Assembly: GCA_020148145.1 (NCBI GenBank)
Contig: JAHCRE010000011.1
Span: 3,360-67,359, forward strand
From: Patescibacteria group bacterium
Lineage (GTDB): Bacteria > Patescibacteriota > Minisyncoccia > Minisyncoccales > JAHCRE01
DNA: 64,000 bases
Direction: 5' to 3'
Shown in pieces: positions 51,110 to 60,112 of the stretch. Both the position numbers and the translations under genes were made by a program. The stretch's first letter is position 1. Every line of letters starts with the position of its first letter. The notes under the pieces were generated by a model. The model ran no database searches. It was not told the origin of the DNA and saw only the letters and a list, made by a program, of their open reading frames with translations.

Positions 51110-51235
51110 TTCGAAAACCTTTTTTAAAAGGTTTTCGAATGTATGCCTTTGGCTACGGGTTATAAAATCCCGAGCCGAAGGTAACCTTTAATTTTTTGGA
51201 GCTTTTTACACCCTTTTTCTAAAAAAGGGGTCCAA
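51110..51235 (-). repeat. composite H1-H2-H3 hairpin element, copy e2
   Basis: 30-bp palindrome TTCGAAAACCTTTTTTAAAAGGTTTTCGAA (H3), GGCTCGGGATTTTATAACCCGTAGCC (H2), GGACCCCTTTTTTAGAAAAAGGGTG (H1). Confidence 0.7.
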
Positions 51236-51240
51236 ATGAT

Positions 51241-51687
51241 TTATTTTTCCTCGATAACTATTATTCTTATTTCCGCCTCTAAATTATGTTCAAAATGAAT
51301 TTTAACCGGGAACTCTCCCAATTCTTTAATTGGTTGCGGTAAATCAATCTGGCTCTTTTTAATTTTAAATCCTAATTCTTTTAATTTTTCTGAAATTTTT
51401 TGGACATTAATTGACTCAAAAAGCTGACCTTCTGGGCCAATTTTAACAGGAATTATAACCTCCCGGCCATCAATGGTAGAAACAAAATCTTGGATCTTCT
51501 TTAATTCTTCTTCGGCTTTTTTTAATTCAATCTCTTTTTGAGTTTTAAGCCATTTTAAGGCCTCTCTTGTTGCCTGCTTTACTAATCCTTTAGGAATCAA
51601 AAAGTTTCGGGCATAACCATCCTTTACTTCTTTAATTTCATACTTTTTGCCGAGATTTTCAATATTTTTAAGAAGAATTACCCGCAT
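51241..51687 (-). CDS. rplI: 50S ribosomal protein L9
   Basis: MRVILLKNIENLGKKYEIKEVKDGYARNFLIPKGL. Confidence 0.9.
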   Translation of the reverse strand: MRVILLKNIENLGKKYEIKEVKDGYARNFLIPKGLVKQATREALKWLKTQKEIELKKAEEELKKIQDFVSTIDGREVIIPVKIGPEGQLFESINVQKISEKLKELGFKIKKSQIDLPQPIKELGEFPVKIHFEHNLEAEIRIIVIEEK

Positions 51688-51701
51688 ATTAGATTATTTT
51701 A

Positions 51702-51914
51702 TTATAAATCTTTAATTATTTCAATCGCTTTATTTAGTTGTGGATCGCATCCGTCGCTCCGCTCTCTCTCGCTTCGCTCGAGCGCCCCCTTTGGGGCTTC
51801 GCTTCGCTCCTTAGAAACCCTCGGTTTCTAACGCTCGACCTTCGGCCTCCCTGTTTTCCTACACGGGAGGATACCCAATCCTCCCGACCCCTCCTGTGAG
51901 ATCGCGATCCACAA
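51702..51914 (-). repeat. GC-rich element (GCE-1) plus diverged duplicate of the S41-protease 3' end
   Basis: 51900-51914 is the exact reverse complement of 51951-51965; GC core 51749-51899; 51702-51748 repeats the last 15 codons of the protease gene. Confidence 0.8.
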
Positions 51915-53099
51915 TTATAATTGCTTAACTACTTCAATTGCTTTACCTAGTTGTGGATCGCGATCTTCCTCATAGTCCTCGAGAGTCATCTCCACTTCTA
52001 TATCGGGTTCAAGCCCCTGGTCAGTAATGAGCTCGCCTTTTGGGGTCAACCATTTGGCTACTGTAATTTTTAAAGAAGAGCCTCCTTTTAATTCTTCCAG
52101 TTCCTGGATAGAGCCTTTACCAAAAGAAGTTTCCCCAATTATTTTTATGCCTCGATTATCTCGTAGCGCACCAGCTAAAATTTCTGATCCCGAAGCCGAC
52201 CCCTGATTAATTAAGATAACGGTTGGATGGGGTAAAAGCCAGGAATTCCCTCCGGCTTTATATTCCTTTTTCTCTTTACCAACACCGAAATCTTCAATTA
52301 CCACTACATCTCCTCTTTCTAAAAACCAACCGGCAATATCCTGGGCCACCTCCAAATAGCCCCCGGGATTATTCCTTAAATCCAAAATTATCTTTTTTGC
52401 TGGACTATCTAAAATCTCAATAGCTGCCTTCTTAAAATCTAAACTTGCCTTTTCAGAAAACTGATAGATTTCTAAGTGGGCAATATCTCCTTCAATTAAT
52501 TCCCATTTTAAAGAAGGAATTTCAATTACTGCTCTCACAATTTTAATTTCCTTTGGTTCTTCCCAACCTTCCCGAAAAATTGTTAAGGTAACCTCAGTTC
52601 CCTCTGGGCCCCTAATGAGTGAAACTGCCTCATTAATTGTTAAATCAGCAGTTAAAATATCTTCAACTTTTAAAATTTTATCGCCCGATCTCAAACCAGC
52701 CTTTTGAGCCGGTGTTCCTTTCAATGGAGCGATTATTAAAAGTTGACCTTTTTTAATTCCGATTTCAGCCCCAATTCCTTCAAAAACCCCTTTGACTTCC
52801 TCAATAAATTTTTCTGTTTCTTCAGGATCCAAAAAAATAGTATAGGGATCATCTAGAGACCTTACCATTCCCGAAATTGCCCCATAAATCATTTGCTGAA
52901 TATCAAACTTCTGAGGCTCAGCAAATTTCTCTTCCAAAACTTCCCAGGCCTCCCAGAAAAGAGAAAAATCAAGTTCTTCGGGTGGACAAACTGGACAAAC
53001 CACCTGTAATTCTCCAAATAAAAAACCTAAGCCAAAACTCACTAAGATTCCGACCACTAAAAAAACAAAAATTATTCTTTTCTTACTAAAAATTGGCAT
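51915..53099 (-). CDS. C-terminal processing peptidase (S41) with PDZ domain
   Basis: PDZ (GTPAQKAGLRSGDKILKV), GSASGSEILAGAL, GKGSIQ. Confidence 0.85.
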   Translation of the reverse strand: MPIFSKKRIIFVFLVVGILVSFGLGFLFGELQVVCPVCPPEELDFSLFWEAWEVLEEKFAEPQKFDIQQMIYGAISGMVRSLDDPYTIFLDPEETEKFIEEVKGVFEGIGAEIGIKKGQLLIIAPLKGTPAQKAGLRSGDKILKVEDILTADLTINEAVSLIRGPEGTEVTLTIFREGWEEPKEIKIVRAVIEIPSLKWELIEGDIAHLEIYQFSEKASLDFKKAAIEILDSPAKKIILDLRNNPGGYLEVAQDIAGWFLERGDVVVIEDFGVGKEKKEYKAGGNSWLLPHPTVILINQGSASGSEILAGALRDNRGIKIIGETSFGKGSIQELEELKGGSSLKITVAKWLTPKGELITDQGLEPDIEVEMTLEDYEEDRDPQLGKAIEVVKQL

Positions 53100-53157
53100 A
53101 TTAGATTTTTATAGCAGAAATTAATTAGAAAGTCTAATCTCCATAAAATTATTGTAA

Positions 53158-53236
53158 ACCCAGTATGACAACTCTAACAAGGTTTTCTTTCAGAAAACCT
53201 TATATTTGCGGAGTAAGTCAGAGTTGCACTACTGGG
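53158..53236 (-). terminator. long hairpin of the CCCAGTAG family downstream of the 53320 gene
   Basis: CCCAGTATGACAACTCT..AGAGTTGCACTACTGGG with inner hairpin AAGGTTTTC..GAAAACCTT. Confidence 0.5.
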
Positions 53237-53319
53237 TAAATAAAAACTGAGCTAGTTTTAAGATAAGCTCAGTTGAGAAAAGTAGAAGACTGAGGAGTGC
53301 TGGAGTAAAATTTTGGATA

Positions 53320-54231
53320 TTATCTAAGGGAATTGATAATTTTCTCTGCAATTGCAATGGCTATTGCTTTCTGGGTTTCTTTAGTTTGCGCCCCTATGTG
53401 AGGGGTACAAACTACATTTGGTAATTTTACTAATTCTGAATTTTCGGGCGGTTCAACTTCGTAAACATCTAATGCCGCTCCTCTCAGTTTTCCGGATTTT
53501 AGCGCTTGTAAAAGAGCCTTTTCATCCACAACTGAACCTCTAGATGTGTTGATTAAGCAAGCTCCCTTTTTCATAAATTGAAACTCCTTTGTCCCAATCA
53601 TGTGAAAGGTTTGCTCGGTTAATGGAACATGTAGCGTGATTACATCGCTTCTTTGTAATGATTCTTTGAGTGGAACGAATTCTGCTTCAAGTTCTTTTAG
53701 TAACTCTGGGCTCGGCGGATTCCGTTTTGTAATAAGTATTTTCATTCTTAAAGCTTTCGCTATCTCAGCTACTCTCTTGCCAACGTTTCCCAAGCCTATT
53801 ATGCCAAGAGTTTTATCTTTCAGCTGCCAACCCATCAGTTCCTCCTTAATCCACTTTCCCTCCTTTATGGCCCGGTCAGCAGATGGGATATTTCGCGCTA
53901 ACGAAATCATCAATCCTATTGTTAGTTCGGCAGCGGCTTGGGCAATGGCTTCTGACGTATTTAAAACAATGATTCTTCTTTTTTTCGCAGCCTCCATATC
54001 AATGTTGTCTAAGCCTCCACCAGCCCGACCTATAACTTTTAGTTGCCATCCAGCTTTAATGATTTCCTTTGTAATTTTGGTCCGACTTCGCACGATTAGT
54101 GCATCGTAGCCTGAAACTACTTTTTTTAACTGCTCAGAGGAAATCGTAGGGTTTAGGTCAACTTCGAAACCTGCTTTTTGCAACCTTTCTATCCCTGCCT
54201 TATGAATTGGGTCACAGATAAGAACCTTCAA
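53320..54231 (-). CDS. D-isomer-specific 2-hydroxyacid dehydrogenase (PGDH-like), paralog of 56862-57764
   Basis: GIIGLGNVGKRVA (NAD), RGSVVDEKAL, TPHIGAQT; TTG start with AAGGTG SD. Confidence 0.8.
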   Translation of the reverse strand: MKVLICDPIHKAGIERLQKAGFEVDLNPTISSEQLKKVVSGYDALIVRSRTKITKEIIKAGWQLKVIGRAGGGLDNIDMEAAKKRRIIVLNTSEAIAQAAAELTIGLMISLARNIPSADRAIKEGKWIKEELMGWQLKDKTLGIIGLGNVGKRVAEIAKALRMKILITKRNPPSPELLKELEAEFVPLKESLQRSDVITLHVPLTEQTFHMIGTKEFQFMKKGACLINTSRGSVVDEKALLQALKSGKLRGAALDVYEVEPPENSELVKLPNVVCTPHIGAQTKETQKAIAIAIAEKIINSLR

Positions 54232-54406
54232 TATTTTTCACCTTCTTTAAAAAAGAACTATTTTGATTATAGCATTACTCAAAATTTTTTCAATATTTAG
54301 TTGGTTAGTTATTTCACGAGCTTAAAATAAAAAACGCCAGAAAATGGCGCTTTATTATAGAAAAAAAGGGGGGATTGAAGTGTTTTATCTTCGGGGGCTT
54401 GAATTT

Positions 54407-56482
54407 TTATGACGGCGGTGTCCATGGTGGGGCTACATAGCCAAACTGTTTTGCTATGACTACTACATCGAAGATGTCGATTATCTGGTCCTGTTTTAGG
54501 TCAGCTCTAGAGTTCCATTCTGGACGTGACTCGCCTGGTAGATAGTATGATCCGAAGGCCTTCGCCATGACGACTATATCGAAGATGTCCACAGATCCGT
54601 CCGAGTTTAAGTCCTCTGCAGGAAGGTCCTCTTTCCACATTGGATAGAAGTCGATGCCTGGATATAATGGGTCGTGGTCCCATCCTTGAACCCAGTCCCT
54701 CTCCCAGTGACGATCCAAAGGGTTGTCCAACGGAACGCTTGGACAATCCTCAATGTAGATTTCTTGAAGTTCAGAGTAGATTGCTTTTCTTATTTCTAGA
54801 TCCGTTTCCATTTCTCCCTTTTCGACCAGTTCGTCAACGACAGAATTGTTGTATCCTTGCAATACTGCGAAAGTTCCATAGCTGTACATAAACGGGGAGA
54901 TGAAGTTATGTGGATCTGTAGAGCCAGCGAACATATTAGTAAACCAAACCGGTAACTCCGTAAAGTCATTCGATACTTCCACAACATCGATGTGAAATTT
55001 CGGGTTTAGGCTCTCAATGTTCATCTCCAGAAATTGGCACGCCATCCCCATCTCTATGTTTCCCAGCTCGTAACAGATGGCCATTGTGAAGCCGTTGGCC
55101 CACAGTTGTCCACCCCAAGCACTTCTGAAGTGTTCTTCTGCTTTGGCAAAGTCAAGATAGTATCCGAATTGACTCAGACCCTGATCATAACCAAGTATCT
55201 CTGGTATTATGGGTGTAACTATCTGATACGCTTCTCTCATGCACACTTCTTCGATGAACATATCGTAGTCAAAGCTGTAGGCAAAGGCCTTCCTAACGTC
55301 AATGTCGCTAAAGAAATCCGGTGGAATTCCTGATTCATCTAATGTGCCTGGAGATAATCCTCCTGGTACACCCATGTATGGACTCGTCGTCGATATCTTG
55401 AAGTTGAAGAACATGGCATCAACAGAGAATGTAGGTAGAGGATAGACGCAACGTATCCCTGGTTGTCCAAAAAGTTCTTCGGCATACATCCTTGGAACAT
55501 CTATTATATCAAGGTCGCCAGCTAAGAACATTAGTTTTCTTGTGGACCATTCTGGGATTATCTCACCTTCAATCACATTGCAATAACCCCGAGAATCCTC
55601 AGCCGGCCACCCAGAATGATAGGCTTCGAATTTTTTCAATCTCCATCTTATTCCTGGTTCCCAGAAGTCTAATTCCCAGGGACCAGTTCCATTCATTTTA
55701 GGGTCGTCGGGCTCTTCTGGTTTTGGTTCTTCAGGCTTACTAAGGTTATAATCAAGGGGCGATTTCTTGTCCTTTAACAAGTTACCGTATTTTTTGACCC
55801 ATTCGGTTATTTTTTTTGGGTCAACTCCAAGCCCAGGGAACTCTCCGCTCTGTTTTAGTAACCAACTCTTAGGCATTATCGACGCGCTTCTGTGTTTCAA
55901 CAGACGATGAAACGTCTTTGTCAAAGTATACATCTTCTTCTTAAAGTGAAAAATGATGCGGTTCTCTTTAACTTTTATTGCTTCATTTATTAATTCTAAG
56001 ATTTTCTTCGCTTTTTCTTCATCTTTCAAATCATCAAGAGAGAGCTGTTTCTTATCAAAGAACTGTAAGAGCTGTTCCTTATCAATCAGAAGATCAAGAA
56101 GATTTGCTGCTGTATTATGACCTTCTATCGCCAGTCCCATTATCATTAACCTGGCTAAGGAGTGCTTTACGTCCTCTGCGGTCAGAGTTTCTTCGCCGTG
56201 AAATTTAACGTCTTTTTTTATTTCTACCATGGCCTTCTGATTATCTTTGGACCACTCGAGACCATCTTTTGTAATAAGTGCGTATTTTTTCTTTCTTTTA
56301 CTTAACAATGTTTCATAGACATTGGATACAAGGTCGCTTTCTTGTTTAAGGTCAAGGGCCGGATCACAGGTTTTAGGGTCGCTCCTGCCTACTTTTACTT
56401 TCTCCTTGTTTTTCTGCGCTTGAACTGAAACTTCGAATTGAAGACAGATCGAAAGCAGTAGCATCAAAGCCAAAGCCAACAT
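54407..56482 (-). CDS. family-5 ABC substrate-binding-like protein with C-terminal dockerin-type repeats
   Basis: SBP_bac_5-like length and pattern; DLNSDGSVDIFDIVVMAKAFG and DLKQDQIIDIFDVVVIAKQFG; visibly higher G+C than the surroundings. Confidence 0.7.
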   Translation of the reverse strand: MLALALMLLLSICLQFEVSVQAQKNKEKVKVGRSDPKTCDPALDLKQESDLVSNVYETLLSKRKKKYALITKDGLEWSKDNQKAMVEIKKDVKFHGEETLTAEDVKHSLARLMIMGLAIEGHNTAANLLDLLIDKEQLLQFFDKKQLSLDDLKDEEKAKKILELINEAIKVKENRIIFHFKKKMYTLTKTFHRLLKHRSASIMPKSWLLKQSGEFPGLGVDPKKITEWVKKYGNLLKDKKSPLDYNLSKPEEPKPEEPDDPKMNGTGPWELDFWEPGIRWRLKKFEAYHSGWPAEDSRGYCNVIEGEIIPEWSTRKLMFLAGDLDIIDVPRMYAEELFGQPGIRCVYPLPTFSVDAMFFNFKISTTSPYMGVPGGLSPGTLDESGIPPDFFSDIDVRKAFAYSFDYDMFIEEVCMREAYQIVTPIIPEILGYDQGLSQFGYYLDFAKAEEHFRSAWGGQLWANGFTMAICYELGNIEMGMACQFLEMNIESLNPKFHIDVVEVSNDFTELPVWFTNMFAGSTDPHNFISPFMYSYGTFAVLQGYNNSVVDELVEKGEMETDLEIRKAIYSELQEIYIEDCPSVPLDNPLDRHWERDWVQGWDHDPLYPGIDFYPMWKEDLPAEDLNSDGSVDIFDIVVMAKAFGSYYLPGESRPEWNSRADLKQDQIIDIFDVVVIAKQFGYVAPPWTPPS

Positions 56483-56629
56483 TATAGCTTTTTTGTTCGT
56501 TACTTTTTCCTCCTTTTCTATTTATTTTGTCAAATAGCCAATTACTTTCTTACCATTTTCAAGAAAAAAAGTCAATATTTTATCAATTCGAATTAGCAAA
56601 ACCTCGCTCAAAGCGAGGTTTTTAGCTTG

Positions 56630-56700
56630 TGCCCCCACCCCGACTTGAACGGAGATTTACTGCTTAAAAGGCAGTTACTCTACCATTGAGTTATGGGGGC
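56630..56700 (-). tRNA. tRNA-Lys (anticodon UUU)
   Basis: hand-folded cloverleaf: GCCCCCA/TGGGGGC acceptor, ACTC/GAGT D-stem, ACTGC-CTTTTAA-GCAGT, CTCCG-TTCAAGT-CGGGG; 71 nt, CCA not encoded. Confidence 0.85.
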
Positions 56701-56702
56701 TT

Positions 56703-56803
56703 AGTCGCTCCGCTCCCTCTCGCTCGCTTTACTTGCTCGAGCGCTCGCCTTCGGCTCGCTTCGCTTCGCTCCTGGACCCCTTTCTTCAAAAGAAAGGTGT
56801 CCA
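56703..56803 (-). repeat. GCE-1 3' module plus H1 hairpin, abutting the tRNA-Lys 5' end
   Basis: minus strand TGGACACCTTTCTTTTGAAGAAAGGGGTCCA-GGAGCGAAGCGAAGCGAGCC..GAGGGAGCGGAGCGAC-TAA-tRNA. Confidence 0.7.
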
Positions 56804-56861
56804 ACCTCCAAAGAAATATAAGGTAAAAATTATTTTAGATGAACTTGCTGTCATTCTCTTC

Positions 56862-57764
56862 CTAAGAGGACTTTTTTATTGCTTCGCTTATTATTCTTAC
56901 TACTTCCTCGCCTATTCTTTCTTGAGCTTCTTTAGTAGAAGCGCCAATATGCGGGGTAAAAGTTAAATTCGTTAGTTTAATTAATTCTGAAACTTTTAGT
57001 GGTTCAACCTCAAATACATCAAGACCTGCACCTGCAATTTCTTTGTTTTTTAAAGCGTCGATTAAAGCGTTTTCGTCGACAACACAACCTCTAGCTGCAT
57101 TTATTAGGATAGCAGTAGATTTCATCTTTGAAAATTCATTCTTACTAATCATATGTCTAGTCTCATCGGTTAAGGGCGTGTGAACAGAAACATAATCCGA
57201 TTTCCGCAAAAGTTCATCAAGAGTCACCATCTCTATCTGTTCCACTTTAGTATATGGGTCATATCCAATCACCCTCATACCCAGTCCTTTTCCAAGTTGT
57301 GCTAATTCTCTGCCAATTCTCCCTAATCCTATGATTCCTAATATTTTCCCGTATAACTCTTGCCCTTTTAGTTCTTTCTTTTCCCATTTTCCTTTTTTTA
57401 TCCCGGTAGTACCCCTGACAATATGTCTGGACAGAGCGAACATATGAGCTAAAGCTAATTCGGCAACAGAAATAGATGAGGCGGCAGGAGTGTTAAACAC
57501 CTTTATCCCTCTCTTTTTAGCATGAGCAACATCTATATTATCAAGGCCGACCCCACCCCTTATTATCAGTTTCATATTATCCATCTTGTCTATCATATTC
57601 TTTTGAACCTTTGTCGCACCCCTGACAACCATAAAATCATAACCTTCTACCTTATCTGTTAATTCCTCTTTTGGCAACGACGAAAAGTCAGAAACCTCCA
57701 AGCCTAATTTTTTTAATTTCTCTATAGCGCTCTTAATTATGGAATCTGCTATCAATACTTTCAT
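56862..57764 (-). CDS. serA: D-3-phosphoglycerate dehydrogenase-like (short form)
   Basis: GIIGLGRIGRELA, ARGCVVDENAL, TPHIGAST; directly downstream of the class-V aminotransferase. Confidence 0.75.
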   Translation of the reverse strand: MKVLIADSIIKSAIEKLKKLGLEVSDFSSLPKEELTDKVEGYDFMVVRGATKVQKNMIDKMDNMKLIIRGGVGLDNIDVAHAKKRGIKVFNTPAASSISVAELALAHMFALSRHIVRGTTGIKKGKWEKKELKGQELYGKILGIIGLGRIGRELAQLGKGLGMRVIGYDPYTKVEQIEMVTLDELLRKSDYVSVHTPLTDETRHMISKNEFSKMKSTAILINAARGCVVDENALIDALKNKEIAGAGLDVFEVEPLKVSELIKLTNLTFTPHIGASTKEAQERIGEEVVRIISEAIKKSS

Positions 57765-57766
57765 AT

Positions 57767-58912
57767 TTAATCTAAATTTTTTAGCATCTCTTTTGCTATC
57801 TTAACGCTCTGGCCTAATTTTATTGGATATCCTAAATCCTTCAAAGAAAATTCAAGGGCTGATATGGCGGTTATAATATCAAATCGTCCTACATATCCCA
57901 GGTGGGCTATACGGATAACCTTGCCCTTTAAATGTGCCTGTCCACCAGCAACCTGAACTCCATATTTTTTATCAAGGGTATCTTTTAAGGTAGCTCCGTC
58001 AATTCCTTGAGGAACCTTTATTACAGTTAGAGCAGACGCAGGATTCTTTGAAAAAAGTTCTAATCCTAAGGCCTTGACTGCTTCTCTGGTGGCCTCGGCA
58101 AGTTTTTGGTGCCTTAAAAGTACTTTGCCTATGCCTTCTTTTTTTATTCTTGAAAGCGATTTATCCAAGGCCCTTATAATAGATATTCCAGGAGTAAATT
58201 TTGTTGGAAGTTTCTTTTCAAATGCTTTTAAGTATTCCTTGAAGTCAAAATAATACTTTGGACATTTTGAACTACCTGCAAATTTCCAGGCCTTCTCTGA
58301 TATACTGACAAATGCAAGTCCGGGTGGAAGCATAAGACCTTTTTGAGAAGCCGATACACAGATGTCAACGCCCCAATTATCAGTTTGGATATCGCAAGCC
58401 CCGAGCCCAGATATTGCATCCACCACCAGGATGGTTCCTGGTCTATTACGAACAATTTCTCCATATTTCTCAATAGGAAATAATGTTCCGGTTGATGTTT
58501 CACAAAGGGTTGCAAAAACAACCTTTATATCCGGATATTTGTCAAGTAAATTTTTTACCTTCTCTGGTTTTACATAATCTCCCCACTCAACATCCAAACT
58601 TATTACTTCAATTCCAAATGCCTTGCATATTTCTACCCACCTCTCACCGAACTTACCACCCATTATACATAATGCCTTATCTCCAGGAGAAAGGGTGTTT
58701 ACGACCGCACCTTCCATAGCCCCTGTCCCAGATGAGAGAAAAGTAAGGATTATATTTTTAGTTTTAAATACGGTTTTCAAATCCTCGCTTATTCTCTCAA
58801 ATATCTCCAAAAACTCTTTTGTCCGGTGATGAATAATAGGCTGGGCTTCAGCAAGCCTAACATCATCTGGTATAGGGGTTGGTCCTGGAGTAAGAAGATA
58901 TCTTTTTTTCAT
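57767..58912 (-). CDS. class-V aminotransferase (serine-pyruvate / phosphoserine aminotransferase type)
   Basis: LLTPGPTPIP.., SASQKGLMLPPG (PLP-Lys motif). Confidence 0.8.
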   Translation of the reverse strand: MKKRYLLTPGPTPIPDDVRLAEAQPIIHHRTKEFLEIFERISEDLKTVFKTKNIILTFLSSGTGAMEGAVVNTLSPGDKALCIMGGKFGERWVEICKAFGIEVISLDVEWGDYVKPEKVKNLLDKYPDIKVVFATLCETSTGTLFPIEKYGEIVRNRPGTILVVDAISGLGACDIQTDNWGVDICVSASQKGLMLPPGLAFVSISEKAWKFAGSSKCPKYYFDFKEYLKAFEKKLPTKFTPGISIIRALDKSLSRIKKEGIGKVLLRHQKLAEATREAVKALGLELFSKNPASALTVIKVPQGIDGATLKDTLDKKYGVQVAGGQAHLKGKVIRIAHLGYVGRFDIITAISALEFSLKDLGYPIKLGQSVKIAKEMLKNLD

Positions 58913-58981
58913 ATATTAATTAAAATAAAAAAAATCAAATAATTGTTAAATCTTAAAAGGCATTAAGAGAAATAATTAAAA

Positions 58982-60100
58982 TTATATTCCTTCTTTTTTT
59001 AATTTTTCTAATAGTTCTTTTTGTTTCTTTGTTAATCTCCTTGGGGTCTTAACAAGCAACTCCACATAAAGGTTTCCTCTGCCATGACCTGAAAAACGAG
59101 GAATTCCTTTTTTTGAAATTCGCAAAATCTTTCCTGATTCAGCCCCCCGGGGAATTTTTAATAAAATTTTCTTTCTTTCTAAAGTTTCAATTTCGATTTC
59201 ATCTCCTAAAGCGACCTGAGAAAAAGAAATTGGAACTTTAATATAAAGATCATCACCCCTTCTTTTAAAAATTGGATGTTCTTTAATAGAAATCCTAACG
59301 TATAAATCCCCCGGTCTTCCTCCTCTTTTACCGGCATTACCCTTTCCCTCAACTTTTATTATCTGGCTTGAATCAACTCCAGCCGGAATAAAAAATTTAA
59401 TATCTCCTTCCCCTCTTATCCTTCCTTCTCCTTTACAAACATTACAAGGAGTCTCTGGTCTTTGACCTTCTCCTTTACATTCAGGACAAATAATAAATCT
59501 AGTAAAAGATCCAAAAAATGTTCTTTTGACTTGCTGAACTTGACCTGTTCCTCGACAAGAAAAACATTCCTTGATTTTAGTCCCTGGCTCTCCCCCTTTA
59601 CCCTGACAACGAGAGCATAAAATCATTTTAGTTAAAGAAATTTGTTTTTCCTGATTCTTTAAAGTTTCTTCTAAGGGAATTTCAAGAATAATTTTAATAT
59701 CCCTTCCTCTTTTTAAATCTTTTTTTCTTGTTGGAGCACCGAACCCAAAAATTTCCTCAACCATTTCGCTTAAATCTCCGAGGTCTCCAAAATCAAACCC
59801 CCAGCCAGAGGCTGGTCCGCCTTGGGCGGAAAAATCCCCCTTAGGTCTTCCCCAGGCCCAGGTAAAATCAAAACCTGGCCCAAATCCTTTTCCTTCGAAA
59901 ACTCGACCAAATCTGTCATACTGGGTTCTTTTTTCTCTATCTGAAAGAATCTGGTAGGCCTCATTTATTTCTTTGAAACGCTTCCCATCCCCTCCTTTAT
60001 CTGGATGATATTTATGAGCCAACTTATAATAGGCCTTCTTGATTTCTTCTGGCGAGGCTTTACGAGAAACACCCAAAATTTTGTAATAATCCTTTTGCAT
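58982..60100 (-). CDS. dnaJ: chaperone DnaJ
   Basis: J-domain YHPDK, G/F region, 4 x CxxCxGxG. Confidence 0.9.
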   Translation of the reverse strand: MQKDYYKILGVSRKASPEEIKKAYYKLAHKYHPDKGGDGKRFKEINEAYQILSDREKRTQYDRFGRVFEGKGFGPGFDFTWAWGRPKGDFSAQGGPASGWGFDFGDLGDLSEMVEEIFGFGAPTRKKDLKRGRDIKIILEIPLEETLKNQEKQISLTKMILCSRCQGKGGEPGTKIKECFSCRGTGQVQQVKRTFFGSFTRFIICPECKGEGQRPETPCNVCKGEGRIRGEGDIKFFIPAGVDSSQIIKVEGKGNAGKRGGRPGDLYVRISIKEHPIFKRRGDDLYIKVPISFSQVALGDEIEIETLERKKILLKIPRGAESGKILRISKKGIPRFSGHGRGNLYVELLVKTPRRLTKKQKELLEKLKKEGI

Positions 60101-60112
60101 TTTAAAATGAGT

